Source of the DNA: Candidatus Aenigmarchaeota archaeon LH_S6
Lineage (GTDB): Archaea > Aenigmatarchaeota > Aenigmatarchaeia > QMZS01
NCBI GenBank assembly: GCA_023659935.1
Contig: JAGXOK010000001.1
Span: forward strand, 9,569-73,568
Direction of reading: 5' to 3'
DNA: 64,000 bases
Shown in pieces: positions 34,752-45,062 of the stretch (position 1 is the stretch's first letter; each line of letters begins with the position of its first letter). Both the position numbers and the translations under genes were made by a program. The notes under the pieces are model-generated. The model searched no databases. It was not told the DNA's origin and saw nothing but the letters and a program-made list of their open reading frames with translations.

Positions 34752-35033
34752 ATGGAAGAAATAAATCTTGAAGTGGCAATTACAAAAGTAAAGAATTTTT
34801 TTGCAGAATTAAAAGGTGTTGATTTAAAGGTTGAAGGAAATATAAAATTGATAGATTTACTTGATTTTGATGTTTTGAAAACTGAAGAAACTAAAGAAGA
34901 ATTCATTATCAATTGTGAAGTTAAAGAAAATTTGTTTTCTCCCAAAAAATTGGAATATAAAATTGAAGTAGACAAGAAAACTGGAGAAATTAAAAATGTT
35001 GAGAAAAATCCGGTTCACACTGATATTGAATGA
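34752..35033 (+). CDS. hypothetical small protein, overlaps downstream PIN gene start (ATGA)
   Basis: ORF and coupling only. Possibly an antitoxin. Confidence 0.25.
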   Translation: MEEINLEVAITKVKNFFAELKGVDLKVEGNIKLIDLLDFDVLKTEETKEEFIINCEVKENLFSPKKLEYKIEVDKKTGEIKNVEKNPVHTDIE

Positions 35034-35488
35034 AAAATGAGATTGTTCTGGATACAAAACCAGCCTTGATGGTACTAGCTGAAATTTTTAGAGTAAGTTC
35101 CAATTCAGATAGGATTACAAAAAAGTATGGTGAAGGAAAGTGTAGATTACTTTGGGAATTTTTAAAAAACAAAGAAATTTCAACAATTCCTCAAGTTTTT
35201 TCAGAAGTTTATTCCTTTGTCAAAAATATAGATGAGAATTTAACAAAAATTTTTTTGAGAAACCTAAAACAAACTTTTAAAGAAGGAATAAGAGAGATTT
35301 ACATTGGGAAAGATGAAATAATTGTAGATAAAAAATTTGAGGATCTTGGGTTTACTGATATTGGATTAGTAGAAGCATCAAAAAATAAGTGCTTGTTAAC
35401 ATCTGATGAGAATCTCTATTTATATGCTAGAAATAGAGGAATTAATGCAAAACACTCAGATGAAATCTTTTTCAAACCTGGAAAATAA
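35030..35488 (+). CDS. PIN-domain protein (VapC-like nuclease fold)
   Basis: N-terminal IVLDT and the LLTSDENLY...ARNRGI acidic-residue pattern of PIN domains. Confidence 0.45.
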   Translation: MKNEIVLDTKPALMVLAEIFRVSSNSDRITKKYGEGKCRLLWEFLKNKEISTIPQVFSEVYSFVKNIDENLTKIFLRNLKQTFKEGIREIYIGKDEIIVDKKFEDLGFTDIGLVEASKNKCLLTSDENLYLYARNRGINAKHSDEIFFKPGK

Positions 35489-35489
35489 A

Positions 35490-36101
35490 TTATTTATTTT
35501 TATTATTTTTTTCTTCAAGAATTTTTTTAATAGATTCCTCATCTTCAAGACGTTTTGTGGTTTCCTCATCACCTTCAACAGCATCTTTATATAATTCAAG
35601 TCTTAACTTATAAGGGATATCTTGGATAATAGGTGGGTTCCTACGCAACCATCTTTCAAAACTCTCTTTACTTTCAAATGCATCTTTCCATTTATTAGGA
35701 TCAGAATTATATTCCTGCTCGTAACAACTTCTTTCATATTCCTTCAGTTCTTTTCTGGTAGGGTCTCTATCACCAATTTTATTTTGAACTTCTTTGGCAA
35801 CTTTTACAGAATGCCTTGCTGAGTATCCTTTAAATTTTTCTCTATTTTTTTCCATTTTAATATAATTTTTTTGTTTCTCTTCTAGTTCTTGTAAACCTAC
35901 TTGCAAATCTTCAGTAGAAACACCAACCCTTTTTCCTAACTCTATCGCTTTTTCCCCATATTTTTTTGCATTCTTATAATGTAATCTTCCAACATAGTAT
36001 CTATCTCCTTTTATATATCTCTCAAACTCTTGTTTAAACTCTTCAAATTTATCTTGAAATGACCATTTATTCCACCCATACTTAATCTTAAGTGTCACCA
36101 T
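35490..36101 (-). CDS. hypothetical charged protein
   Basis: ORF only. Confidence 0.3.
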   Translation of the reverse strand: MVTLKIKYGWNKWSFQDKFEEFKQEFERYIKGDRYYVGRLHYKNAKKYGEKAIELGKRVGVSTEDLQVGLQELEEKQKNYIKMEKNREKFKGYSARHSVKVAKEVQNKIGDRDPTRKELKEYERSCYEQEYNSDPNKWKDAFESKESFERWLRRNPPIIQDIPYKLRLELYKDAVEGDEETTKRLEDEESIKKILEEKNNKNK

Positions 36102-36165
36102 AATAAAACAATATTAATATATTAATATACAATTGATGTGAATCCTCCAAAATTGTTAGTTTAGT

Positions 36166-37188
36166 TTATTTAATCTGTTCTCTCCATTCTTTTACAAACC
36201 CACTTAAAATATATCTTGTATTTCTAAGTTCTTCAAGATTTTTAGCTCCAACCAAAAACATCACTATTTTTAATTCCTTTTCTAATTCATCAATATATTT
36301 TAAAACTCCCATCTCACCTTCTTTCTCATAAATTTTTAAAAAAGGGAGAGCAATCCCGCAGATTTTTGCTCCAAGAGTTAAAGATTTTGCAATGTCTACT
36401 CCATTTCTTATTCCCCCGCTTGAAATCAAATCAATTCCAAGATTTTTTAATTCTAATAGGGAGCATGGGGTTGGAATTCCAAAATTTAAGAGATTATCTG
36501 AAATTTTTCCACCCCTTAATTTTTCAACTTTTATCCAGTTTGTTCCCCCTGTTCCTGAAACATCTATTCCTCTAACTCCACAATCTTTTACTATTTCACC
36601 AACCTCTCTGCTGATTCCCAGGCCAACCTCTTTTACAACAACAGGATATTTTATCCTCTCAACAACTTTTTTTAAATTTTTAGCAGAATTTTTAAAATCT
36701 AAATTACCCCCTATTTGTGTAACTTCCTGAGCAGGATTTAAATGAACAAACAAAGCATCTGCCCCAAATTTATCTAGTGCTTCTTCTATTTCTTTAATTT
36801 TCATTTCTTTTAAATTAACTATTCCAATATTTCCAAAAATTAAAGTAGAAGGAGCAACATCCCTCACAAAGTAAGTTTCATCCAATTTTTTATTTTCAAT
36901 TATCGCCCTCTGTGAACCCAAAGCAAAACCTATTTTTTTCTTTTCAGCAATTTTAGCAAGAGTCTTATTTATTTCCCTGGCTTCTTCTGTTCCTCCGGTT
37001 AGAGAAGAGATTATTAGCGGTAAATTAAGTTTTTTCCCCAAAAAATTAGTTTTGGTATCTATTTTCCTAAAATCAATATCTGGCAGAGCATTATAAACCA
37101 AGTTAATATCATTAAAATAGTTTTTTCCTTCAACTTCTTTATTTAAACAAATCTCCAGATGCTCCTTTTTTCTTTTTGATATTTTCAT
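36166..37188 (-). CDS. fni: isopentenyl-diphosphate delta-isomerase type 2 (FMN-dependent)
   Basis: KKEHLEI, SSLTGGT, GADALFVHLNPAQE and SSGGIRNGVDIAKSL (TIM-barrel FMN protein). Confidence 0.75.
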   Translation of the reverse strand: MKISKRKKEHLEICLNKEVEGKNYFNDINLVYNALPDIDFRKIDTKTNFLGKKLNLPLIISSLTGGTEEAREINKTLAKIAEKKKIGFALGSQRAIIENKKLDETYFVRDVAPSTLIFGNIGIVNLKEMKIKEIEEALDKFGADALFVHLNPAQEVTQIGGNLDFKNSAKNLKKVVERIKYPVVVKEVGLGISREVGEIVKDCGVRGIDVSGTGGTNWIKVEKLRGGKISDNLLNFGIPTPCSLLELKNLGIDLISSGGIRNGVDIAKSLTLGAKICGIALPFLKIYEKEGEMGVLKYIDELEKELKIVMFLVGAKNLEELRNTRYILSGFVKEWREQIK

Positions 37189-37600
37189 AATATGTTATGA
37201 AGAAAGGTTTAACAATGGGTGTACTATTTTGGGTACTTATATTTTTTATAGTACTTATTGTTTTTGTCTCTCTTGCCCTGTGGAGTAAAGGTTTTGGTTT
37301 AAATATTTTAAGTGCTTTATTAGGCTCAGTACCTTAGTATGGGGAATATAGGTTTGATAATATTATATGTTGTTTTGGGTTTAGTGTTTATTCTCCTTGT
37401 ATTTTCTGTTGGTTCAGCCCTCTCTTTAATATGAAAAGAGTTTTTTTTTGCTTGAGCCTTTTTAGTAAACTTAACCAACAAAAGGCTTATATGAAAGGAA
37501 TAACTATCGATATGATTGCGAGTATTATAATTTTATTTATGGTTTTTATAATCCTTACTGTAATTTTTATAGCAATGGGTAATGCAATACCATCCCCAAC

Positions 37601-39343
37601 ATGAGAGGAGTTGTGATTACTAAGATACAGGGAGTTATTTTCGTATTAATTTTTTTAGTGGTTATATTTTTAATTATTACCTATCTTTTCTCAGGACAAG
37701 AAAAAGAAGGCTTTATGAATTTACCAAGAGGAGTCGGGATTTCTTTGGAATCAGCAGATACAAAGATTTTTGTTTTACCTCCAGTTGTCTGGTTTGGAAA
37801 AACTCTTGGTTTGAATGTAAATTCTGTAAATTTTGATGAGGTGTTTGATGAGGATAATAGTAAATCAACAGATTTTATTTTCCCTACCAATAATGTTTAT
37901 ATAAAAAAGCCTACAACTGGAGGGGCCTTGACAGCTTTGGAATTAATATTTTTTTCTAACCCGACTGTTATAGTATTATCTGATGTGTTAGGCTTTTCAG
38001 GAAATATAGATTTTAAATTCAAAACCACTAAACCAATTTCTCCTGTAATTGCATTTTATCCTTTAGTTACTGATAATTTTGATTCTCTAGTTTCTAATGC
38101 ACCCGCAAAATCTGATTCAATAAATGGACAAGATATCTACTATCTAAATTCTAAAAAACCCTTCGGCTCTGTAAATTTTACTTTAACAATTGATCCAAAA
38201 GAACTTTACAAACATTATAGCCTAAAAAATGAAAAATTTGATAAAGCCAAAGCAGATGAAAATATAAAATTATCTGTTAGTTATTTTACTGATAAGAGCT
38301 CAGAAAAATATTATAATTCCAAAACAGTTGAACTTGGGATAGGTAAAACAAAACTAGGGAATTTGGATGGAAAGGATTATGAAATTACATTAACAAGTTG
38401 CTGTGATCCTCCTGAATTAAAAGTTGAATATGGTGGGGGAACAGAAACAGGAATCCTTATTAAAAATGAAATCGTAACAATAGCTGGATTAGATATCTAT
38501 ACAAAAAAAGCGGAACATAGGGATACAGAAGTTCAAGTAGGTGCAGCAAGAACTATAAAGGATTTAATAGATAGTGGAGAGTGTAAAGAAGATTCTGATA
38601 AATATAATTGCTCTTTTAGTTTTAATACTAGTGAGAAATGTTGTCCAGATTATGTATATATAAAACCAATTTTCAGAGTAAACTTAAGTAAAGGAAAGTT
38701 ACAGAGGTGGAAAGAAGAGGAAATAGATCCAATATATTTCCAGATTGTTTATTACTTAGATGTCCTTGAAGATAAAGATTTTATTTTTGAGAATTTTAAA
38801 GATATTCAAAATTTATATAAGGAAGAAGATGAAGATAAAGTAAGTCCTGTTAAAGATATTTTAATTTATCCTTGTAGGGCAATAGCAAGATTAGATAAAG
38901 GTCAAATTTCCCTATTACCGTCAAGAGTTAAAAGTTTTGATAAAAAAATAATTGACTGGAGTGAATGTGAGTCTGCAACCAGTAATTTTATTCAACTAAA
39001 ATATAAGAATTTGTATCAGAACTCTACTTGGTTTTGTAAAAATTCTGGAGGAGATTACCTTCTTTACAATCCTTATGCTTTCTGCAGACTTAATGGAGAA
39101 GGGTTGCCAGAAATCCCAACTCCTACATATTTACAGGGAATAATTCCAAGCGGGAATCTTTCTGTTAAATGGGGACCTTGGATAATACCAGATGTAACTT
39201 ATAAGGAATATCATGAAGCTGCTTTAATCTGGGCCTTTCATATGATTGATACTGTCACAGAGACTTTAAAAAATGGCGGTAATATAAACTTCCCAGAGGA
39301 TGATACTATTGGTATAATAAATGTTACCTATAATTTTAATTAA
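37601..39343 (+). CDS. secreted/membrane-anchored Cys-containing hypothetical protein
   Basis: N-terminal TM helix. No recognisable domain. Confidence 0.4.
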   Translation: MRGVVITKIQGVIFVLIFLVVIFLIITYLFSGQEKEGFMNLPRGVGISLESADTKIFVLPPVVWFGKTLGLNVNSVNFDEVFDEDNSKSTDFIFPTNNVYIKKPTTGGALTALELIFFSNPTVIVLSDVLGFSGNIDFKFKTTKPISPVIAFYPLVTDNFDSLVSNAPAKSDSINGQDIYYLNSKKPFGSVNFTLTIDPKELYKHYSLKNEKFDKAKADENIKLSVSYFTDKSSEKYYNSKTVELGIGKTKLGNLDGKDYEITLTSCCDPPELKVEYGGGTETGILIKNEIVTIAGLDIYTKKAEHRDTEVQVGAARTIKDLIDSGECKEDSDKYNCSFSFNTSEKCCPDYVYIKPIFRVNLSKGKLQRWKEEEIDPIYFQIVYYLDVLEDKDFIFENFKDIQNLYKEEDEDKVSPVKDILIYPCRAIARLDKGQISLLPSRVKSFDKKIIDWSECESATSNFIQLKYKNLYQNSTWFCKNSGGDYLLYNPYAFCRLNGEGLPEIPTPTYLQGIIPSGNLSVKWGPWIIPDVTYKEYHEAALIWAFHMIDTVTETLKNGGNINFPEDDTIGIINVTYNFN

Positions 39344-39380
39344 ATCTGAATTTAATATTTTATTGATAATTAAATAATAG

Positions 39381-39447
39381 AGGATGTGAAATTAACCAAA
39401 TTAATAGAGGGAAGAAAGTAAATTGATAAGGAGTATTAATAAACATT
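39381..39447 (+). repeat. ~67-nt conserved element, copy A (copy B at 47648-47710)
   Basis: A is attaaccaaattaatagagggaag..agtaaattgataagg..ttaataaaca. B is attaaccaaattaataggtggaag..agtaatttgataagg..ttaataaaca. Confidence 0.75.
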
Positions 39448-39523
39448 TATACAGATTTCTCGCCTTGACAGTCGTTCTTAATTACTCACTATGTTCGCTT
39501 GATGGAATACCCAAAAGTTATTG

Positions 39524-41344
39524 TTATTTCTCTGAAGAGTTCCATTCCTCAATATCCTTCCAGGGCTCTCTGCTCACCTTAAAGTTCTCTCCACTGAGAA
39601 CCTGCCTATAATTTCTCCAGAGGAATCTTTCATCCAGATAGACCACCACAGCCTTGTCCTTTTCTGACCTTATTGCTCTTCCACTTGCCTGGATTGCTTT
39701 TTGTACTGCTGGATAGATATATCCATATTCCATTCCTTTTCCATAATTTTTGTTATAACAATCTATCCTACTTTTTGTTTCTAAATCTGGCATGGCAAGG
39801 GCAACTCCTGCAATTATTATACACTTGAGAGAATTATTTGGAAAATCAATTCCTTGGTCAAATGAGCCAGATTGTACCCCTAATAATAATCCTTTTTCAG
39901 AACCTATAAATTGTTTGAGTAAATTGGTTTTCCGCTCTTTTGTTAGTTCTTGTACTTCCTTAAAAATGTTTAACCTACTATCTAAAAAATTACTCACTTG
40001 ATTCAGAAAATAATAGGATGGAAAGAAAATTGCTGTGTTTCCATTAACAGCATTGAATATTCTGCTTATGATGTCCGCATAATTCTTGTATTGTGCTTCT
40101 CCTCTCCTTGAAAACTTTGTTGTTGCAATTGGCGCAACCAGATTTAGCCTGTTTTCTTTTGGGAAAATTGATTTAAAGGAAATTGTCTCATAATTTTTAA
40201 CTCCTAACAGATTAGCATACATTTCCAAGGGTTGCAGGGTTGCTGACATTAAAATTGTTGAATAACTATTATTAATTATATCTGAAGTTATTGCTGCTGG
40301 CAGTAAAGCATTTAACTTTAATTCAATCTGCTTCCCATATTTTGTATCTTTTTTTCTTATTATTCTTGTAAAGTTCTCATCGCTGTTTATCCAGTTTTCA
40401 ATAAATTTTGATAAACCTGAGCAGTAACTTTTCTCCTTTCCCTCTCCCCTAACCAAATCTGAAACTTCCTGTAATTCATCCAAAAATTCAGGGCTAAGAG
40501 AATTCAGAATTGATACTATCTCTTCCTTACTGACATAAGCTTCATTATTATGCTCTAATCTATCCTTTGCAAGTTCCTCTATTCTAATCCTAAGATTATC
40601 AATATCTTGACTAACATCCCTCTGCATTCCGCTGGCCTCCTTAATAGCAGTGTTTAAAACAAAAGTTGTCAGTTTTGAGGAAATCAAATCTGTTGCCCTG
40701 CCTGGAAGCTGGTGTGCCTCATCAACAATAACTATGGAGTCTTCAAGGTTTTTATTTATTTTTGCAAGGAAAGTTCCTGAAACAAAAGGATTAAAAAGAT
40801 GAAAATAATCCGCAACAACTACAACACTTCTCTTTGCAGACTGGCAAACAATTTCATAGGGACAAAAATCCTTGCATTTCTTCTTTAGTTCTTCTGAATT
40901 TAGAATTTCCTTAGAGACCTCATTAATTTTGGTTTTTGCTTCTTCTGTGAGTTCTCCTTTTTTGAAAACTTTATTATAAAATTCACATTTCTCTTCTTTT
41001 TTTAGATAATTGCAGAGTTCCTGAAAATCTGATGAACCCAAATCATCATAAAAATAATTACAAAACCACCTTTTTCCTATTATATTAACAGTTTTTATTT
41101 CTCCGATTTTCTTTAGAGTTTCAAGGGCAATCAGATGCTGGGAGTGTCTCGGCGTCAGAAAGAATACTGTTAATCCAAGTTCAGATGCTAACTTTACAGC
41201 TGGATAAAGAACTCCGGCAGTTTTTCCAATTCCAGATGGTGCGTGTATCAATAGATTTTTTCTATTTTTAATGCAATCTTCAACTCTCTGAACCAACTCA
41301 TCCTGATTTTCCCTTTTTTTCTGAAATGGAAATTTCAATGACAT
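39524..41344 (-). CDS. xpd: XPD/Rad3-family 5'-3' DNA helicase with Fe-S domain
   Basis: LIHAPSGIGKT. A four-Cys cluster (CNYF...C...C...C). VIVDEAHQLP. The C-terminal helicase motifs. Confidence 0.75.
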   Translation of the reverse strand: MSLKFPFQKKRENQDELVQRVEDCIKNRKNLLIHAPSGIGKTAGVLYPAVKLASELGLTVFFLTPRHSQHLIALETLKKIGEIKTVNIIGKRWFCNYFYDDLGSSDFQELCNYLKKEEKCEFYNKVFKKGELTEEAKTKINEVSKEILNSEELKKKCKDFCPYEIVCQSAKRSVVVVADYFHLFNPFVSGTFLAKINKNLEDSIVIVDEAHQLPGRATDLISSKLTTFVLNTAIKEASGMQRDVSQDIDNLRIRIEELAKDRLEHNNEAYVSKEEIVSILNSLSPEFLDELQEVSDLVRGEGKEKSYCSGLSKFIENWINSDENFTRIIRKKDTKYGKQIELKLNALLPAAITSDIINNSYSTILMSATLQPLEMYANLLGVKNYETISFKSIFPKENRLNLVAPIATTKFSRRGEAQYKNYADIISRIFNAVNGNTAIFFPSYYFLNQVSNFLDSRLNIFKEVQELTKERKTNLLKQFIGSEKGLLLGVQSGSFDQGIDFPNNSLKCIIIAGVALAMPDLETKSRIDCYNKNYGKGMEYGYIYPAVQKAIQASGRAIRSEKDKAVVVYLDERFLWRNYRQVLSGENFKVSREPWKDIEEWNSSEK

Positions 41345-41506
41345 AATTGTTTAGATTGATATTTAGTTTTATTTCTTCTCTTCATTCAATAATTACTAAA
41401 ACTTTTAAATCTATATACTACAAACTATATATTCTATCACCGAAACCTTTATATAATTTAAATACATATATTTAAATGCTCTTTTTTAACTAAAAAGTGG
41501 TGTAAC

Positions 41507-42460
41507 ATGTTTAAAAGAAAGAAAGAATTTGGTTTGAAATGTCCCGAATGTGGGTCAACAGAAATATTAGTGGATAATGAAAAAGGAGAGAAGACATGCT
41601 CAAAATGCGGATTAATACTGAATGAAAGCATGATTGATACACAACAGGACTGGAGGGCTTTTGATACTGAGGAATTGGAGAAGACTGCAAGAACAGGAGC
41701 TCCATTGACAAAGATGAGACATGATAAAGGAATTGGGACAGAAATCGGAAAAAGCAAGGCAGAATTGTTTAAAGTTTCTGCTGGAAAAAGAGGACAATAC
41801 TTCAGAATAAAGAACTGGCAGAAGAGACTTGTAAGTGGTAAGGACAGAAATTACGGTTATGCTTTGTCTGAATTGGAAAGAATTGCCTCTGCTTTGAGCC
41901 TGCCAAAGAATTTGCAGGAAGAAATAGGGTCAATGTATGAAAAAGCTTTGGAAGAAGGTTTAGTAAAAGGCAGGAGTATTGAAGCTATTATAGGTTCCCT
42001 CGTTTATGCTTTATCAAGAGAATATGGTAGTCCAAGGCTGATGTCAGAAATCTGTGATGTTTCAGGAGTTGACAAAAGAGATTTAGGAAGAACTTATAGG
42101 TATGTTGCAAGAAAACTAAATCTAAGAGTTATTCCTGCAAAAGCAGTTAATTATGTCCCAAGATGTGCAACAATCCTTAAATTGGGTGATAAAACTCAAA
42201 TTAAAGCAAAGCAATACCTGAAAAATATAAAAAGTGAAGAAGACATTTCAGGAAAGGGTCCTATAGGGCTTGCTGCAGCAACTTTATATATTGCAGCAAT
42301 AATGAATGGAGAAATTGTATCACAAAGAAAAATTGCAGAAGCAATTGGAGTAACAGAAGTTACAATTAGAAATAGGTGTAAGGACATTGCAAAAAGTTTG
42401 GGTATAGAGGAAAAAGTTGAGCAGAAGATTAAAGAATTAGAAAATTTGCAGAAAGAATAA
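41507..42460 (+). CDS. tfb: transcription initiation factor TFB (TFIIB homolog)
   Basis: N-terminal Zn ribbon CPECGS...CSKCG, B-reader and two cyclin repeats. 317 aa. Confidence 0.85.
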   Translation: MFKRKKEFGLKCPECGSTEILVDNEKGEKTCSKCGLILNESMIDTQQDWRAFDTEELEKTARTGAPLTKMRHDKGIGTEIGKSKAELFKVSAGKRGQYFRIKNWQKRLVSGKDRNYGYALSELERIASALSLPKNLQEEIGSMYEKALEEGLVKGRSIEAIIGSLVYALSREYGSPRLMSEICDVSGVDKRDLGRTYRYVARKLNLRVIPAKAVNYVPRCATILKLGDKTQIKAKQYLKNIKSEEDISGKGPIGLAAATLYIAAIMNGEIVSQRKIAEAIGVTEVTIRNRCKDIAKSLGIEEKVEQKIKELENLQKE

Positions 42461-42570
42461 TGTCAGCCTTTAGAAAAGGCCGACACTCCAAACAAGGAAA
42501 TTTTGTTTTTTTCTAGTTTATACTAAGTTATTAATTTAAAATTTCAAAAATAAAAAGAAGATTAAGGAGG

Positions 42571-43143
42571 TTATCCTCCTGGTGGTTGTCCTCCTGCTGG
42601 TTTTCCTCCTTCTGCTTGTTCCTTGCCTGCGCCCATTACAAACCACATCATTACTCCAATTACTGCCAAGATTATTATTAATGCAACTAAATCCTGTCCT
42701 GCAAATCCTGAATACCATCCAACACCTCCTGTTAATCCACCTAAGATTGCCCAAGCAGCGAAGATTATTATTACCAGTAACAAACCCTTTTTACCTTCTT
42801 TTATACTACTCACATAACCTGGTACTGCCAGTTCTATAACCAAAGCAATTCCTAAAACTGCAACCAAAAACATCATTGTCATTCCTGAAGCAGATATAAA
42901 GAATTGACCAACTGAAGAACCCCAGGGAGTAAATGATACTAGGAAAAATCCTAAAGCCAAGGCGATTAGTCCTGAAGCTCCTCTTGCTGTTGTCTCACTA
43001 GATTCACCAAACAACTTTGACTTCATTAATAGTCCGAAGATTATTGCGAATGTCAGAACCCATGGAAAAATCACTTCATACAACAGCGTACAAAGTTGTC
43101 CACTAATCCCAAGTACAGTACAAGCTGTGTAACTAACTACCAT
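42571..43143 (-). CDS. integral membrane protein with Gly/Pro-rich C-terminus
   Basis: Several hydrophobic helices and ...GGKPAGGQPPGG. The antisense ORFs in the region are rejected. Confidence 0.4.
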   Translation of the reverse strand: MVVSYTACTVLGISGQLCTLLYEVIFPWVLTFAIIFGLLMKSKLFGESSETTARGASGLIALALGFFLVSFTPWGSSVGQFFISASGMTMMFLVAVLGIALVIELAVPGYVSSIKEGKKGLLLVIIIFAAWAILGGLTGGVGWYSGFAGQDLVALIIILAVIGVMMWFVMGAGKEQAEGGKPAGGQPPGG

Positions 43144-43173
43144 AATATTATTTTAAAGTATTTATAAGTTATT

Positions 43174-44616
43174 ATGAAAGATAAATTAAAGAAAATTTCT
43201 GATGTAGAATATTTGGTTTCAAAAGAAGTAAGGGAAAAAATGAGGGTAAATGCAAAGATACTTGTTACCAATAAAATTATTGAAGCTGCTGAGGATGAGG
43301 CAATAAAACAACTCACAAATGTTGCCTGTCTGCCTGGGGTTGTGGAGCCTGTCTACGGCATGCCTGATATTCACTGGGGTTATGGTCTGCCTATGGGAGC
43401 TATAGGGGCTTTTAACTCTGAGGAAGGTGTAATTTCAAGTGGGTGCACTGGTTTTGATATTAACTGCGGAATCAGGATGATTAAAACAAATTTAACCTAT
43501 AAAGAAATTAAACCAAAATTAAAGCAATTAATTAATGTTTTGTTTCATAATGTTCCAACAGGGGTTGGCTCAAAGGGGAAATTGAGATTGTCAAGAGATG
43601 AATTAGATGAAGTTCTTGTTAAAGGAGCAAGATGGGCTATGGAAAATAATTATGCAACAAAAGAAGATTTGCAACATATGGAGGAATACGGTAATATGTC
43701 TGGTGCAAGTGTAGATAAAATTTCTGATTTGGCAAAAAAGAGGGGTCTTCCACAATTAGGAACTTTGGGTGCAGGGAATCATTTTCTGGAAATTCAGAAA
43801 GTTGACCAGATTTTTGATTCTGAAACTGCAAAAATTTTTGGTGTTACTGACAAGGATCAGATTATTGTAATGTTACATTGTGGTTCTCGTGGTTTGGGTC
43901 ATCAGATTGCCACAGATTATTTGAAAATTCATGAAAAGGCTGCAAAAAAATATAATATCTGGCTTCCAGACAAGCAACTTGTTTGTGCTCCTGCAAATTC
44001 TAAGGAAGGACAGGATTATTTTGAAGCAATGAAAGGAGGGGTAAATTATGCTTTTACAAACAGAACTGTGATGACAGATTGGATTAGAGAGAGTTTTGAA
44101 AAAGTTTTTGGAAAAACTAGAGAGGAAATGGATATGAAACTAATTTATGATGTGTGCCACAATATTTGTAAACTGGAAGAACATGAAGTTGAAGGTGAGA
44201 AAAGAAAATTATATGTTCATAGGAAAGGAGCAACAAGAAGTCTTCCTGCCGGACATGAGTTATTACCAGAAACTTACAAAAAAGTGGGGCAGCCTGTTTT
44301 AATTGCGGGTTCAATGGGAACTGCAAGTTATATTTTAGTTGGAGGTGAAAAAGCAAAGAAAACTTTTTACTCGAGTTGCCATGGAGCAGGAAGAGTAATG
44401 AGCAGGAGCAAAGCAATAAGAGATTTCAGGGGGAATACAATTAGAGAAGAATTAGCTAAAAGAGGAATTACTGCAAAGTCCACAAGCCCAAAAATTCTGG
44501 CTGAAGAATCACCAAATGCTTATAAGGATATTGACGAAGTTGCAAAAGCAGTTGACATTGCGGGAATCTCAAAGAAAGTTGTTCGGGTTGTTCCTGTTGG
44601 GGTTGTTAAGGGATAA
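43174..44616 (+). CDS. rtcB: RNA-splicing ligase RtcB
   Basis: HWGYGLPMG, NCGIRM, GAGNHF and SCHGAG motifs. 480 aa. Confidence 0.85.
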   Translation: MKDKLKKISDVEYLVSKEVREKMRVNAKILVTNKIIEAAEDEAIKQLTNVACLPGVVEPVYGMPDIHWGYGLPMGAIGAFNSEEGVISSGCTGFDINCGIRMIKTNLTYKEIKPKLKQLINVLFHNVPTGVGSKGKLRLSRDELDEVLVKGARWAMENNYATKEDLQHMEEYGNMSGASVDKISDLAKKRGLPQLGTLGAGNHFLEIQKVDQIFDSETAKIFGVTDKDQIIVMLHCGSRGLGHQIATDYLKIHEKAAKKYNIWLPDKQLVCAPANSKEGQDYFEAMKGGVNYAFTNRTVMTDWIRESFEKVFGKTREEMDMKLIYDVCHNICKLEEHEVEGEKRKLYVHRKGATRSLPAGHELLPETYKKVGQPVLIAGSMGTASYILVGGEKAKKTFYSSCHGAGRVMSRSKAIRDFRGNTIREELAKRGITAKSTSPKILAEESPNAYKDIDEVAKAVDIAGISKKVVRVVPVGVVKG

Positions 44617-44617
44617 A

Positions 44618-44994
44618 ATGCAAAGTCTAAAACATTATAAATCTATAAAAGGACTAATTTTTTATAATAATAAGTTTCTTATTTTAGAAAAGGAAAATTT
44701 ATTCCTAGGGGAAGAAAAAAAGAGAAAGAAGAAACTGATGAAGGAACTTTGAAAAGAGAGGTAAAAGAAGAAGTTGGACTTAAAATTGAAATTCAAAGAG
44801 TATTAAATGAGTGGTCTTTAGATTTGCCAGAGAAAGGAATTCATTTGGATGGAAAAACATATCTATGCAAATCTAACTCAGATAAAATTATTTTAAGTGA
44901 GGAACATATAAAATACAAGTGGATTGAAAAAGAAGAGTTAAAAGACCTTGATTGTCCTGACTGGAAGATGCAATTTCTAAATTATAAATCCTAA
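44618..44994 (+). pseudogene. Nudix hydrolase interrupted by a -1 frameshift near 44690
   Basis: The first frame gives MQSLKHYKSIKGLIFYNNKFLILEKEN. A frame shifted by -1 then gives GKFIPRGRKKEKEETDEGTLKREVKEEVGL (a Nudix box) through to the stop at 44994. The shift lies in a run gaaaaggaaaattt. Confidence 0.5.
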
Positions 44995-45062
44995 AACATA
45001 AATAAGTGAAAACTGCGACTGCCAATAAAGACAGGTATACATTATTAAAGTTAGAAATATGC

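Noticed and set aside
42582-42839. Two plus-strand ORFs (85 and 64 aa) antisense to the membrane protein gene
   Set aside because: Both lie wholly inside the 190-aa minus-strand ORF, on the opposite strand, and have no independent family motifs.
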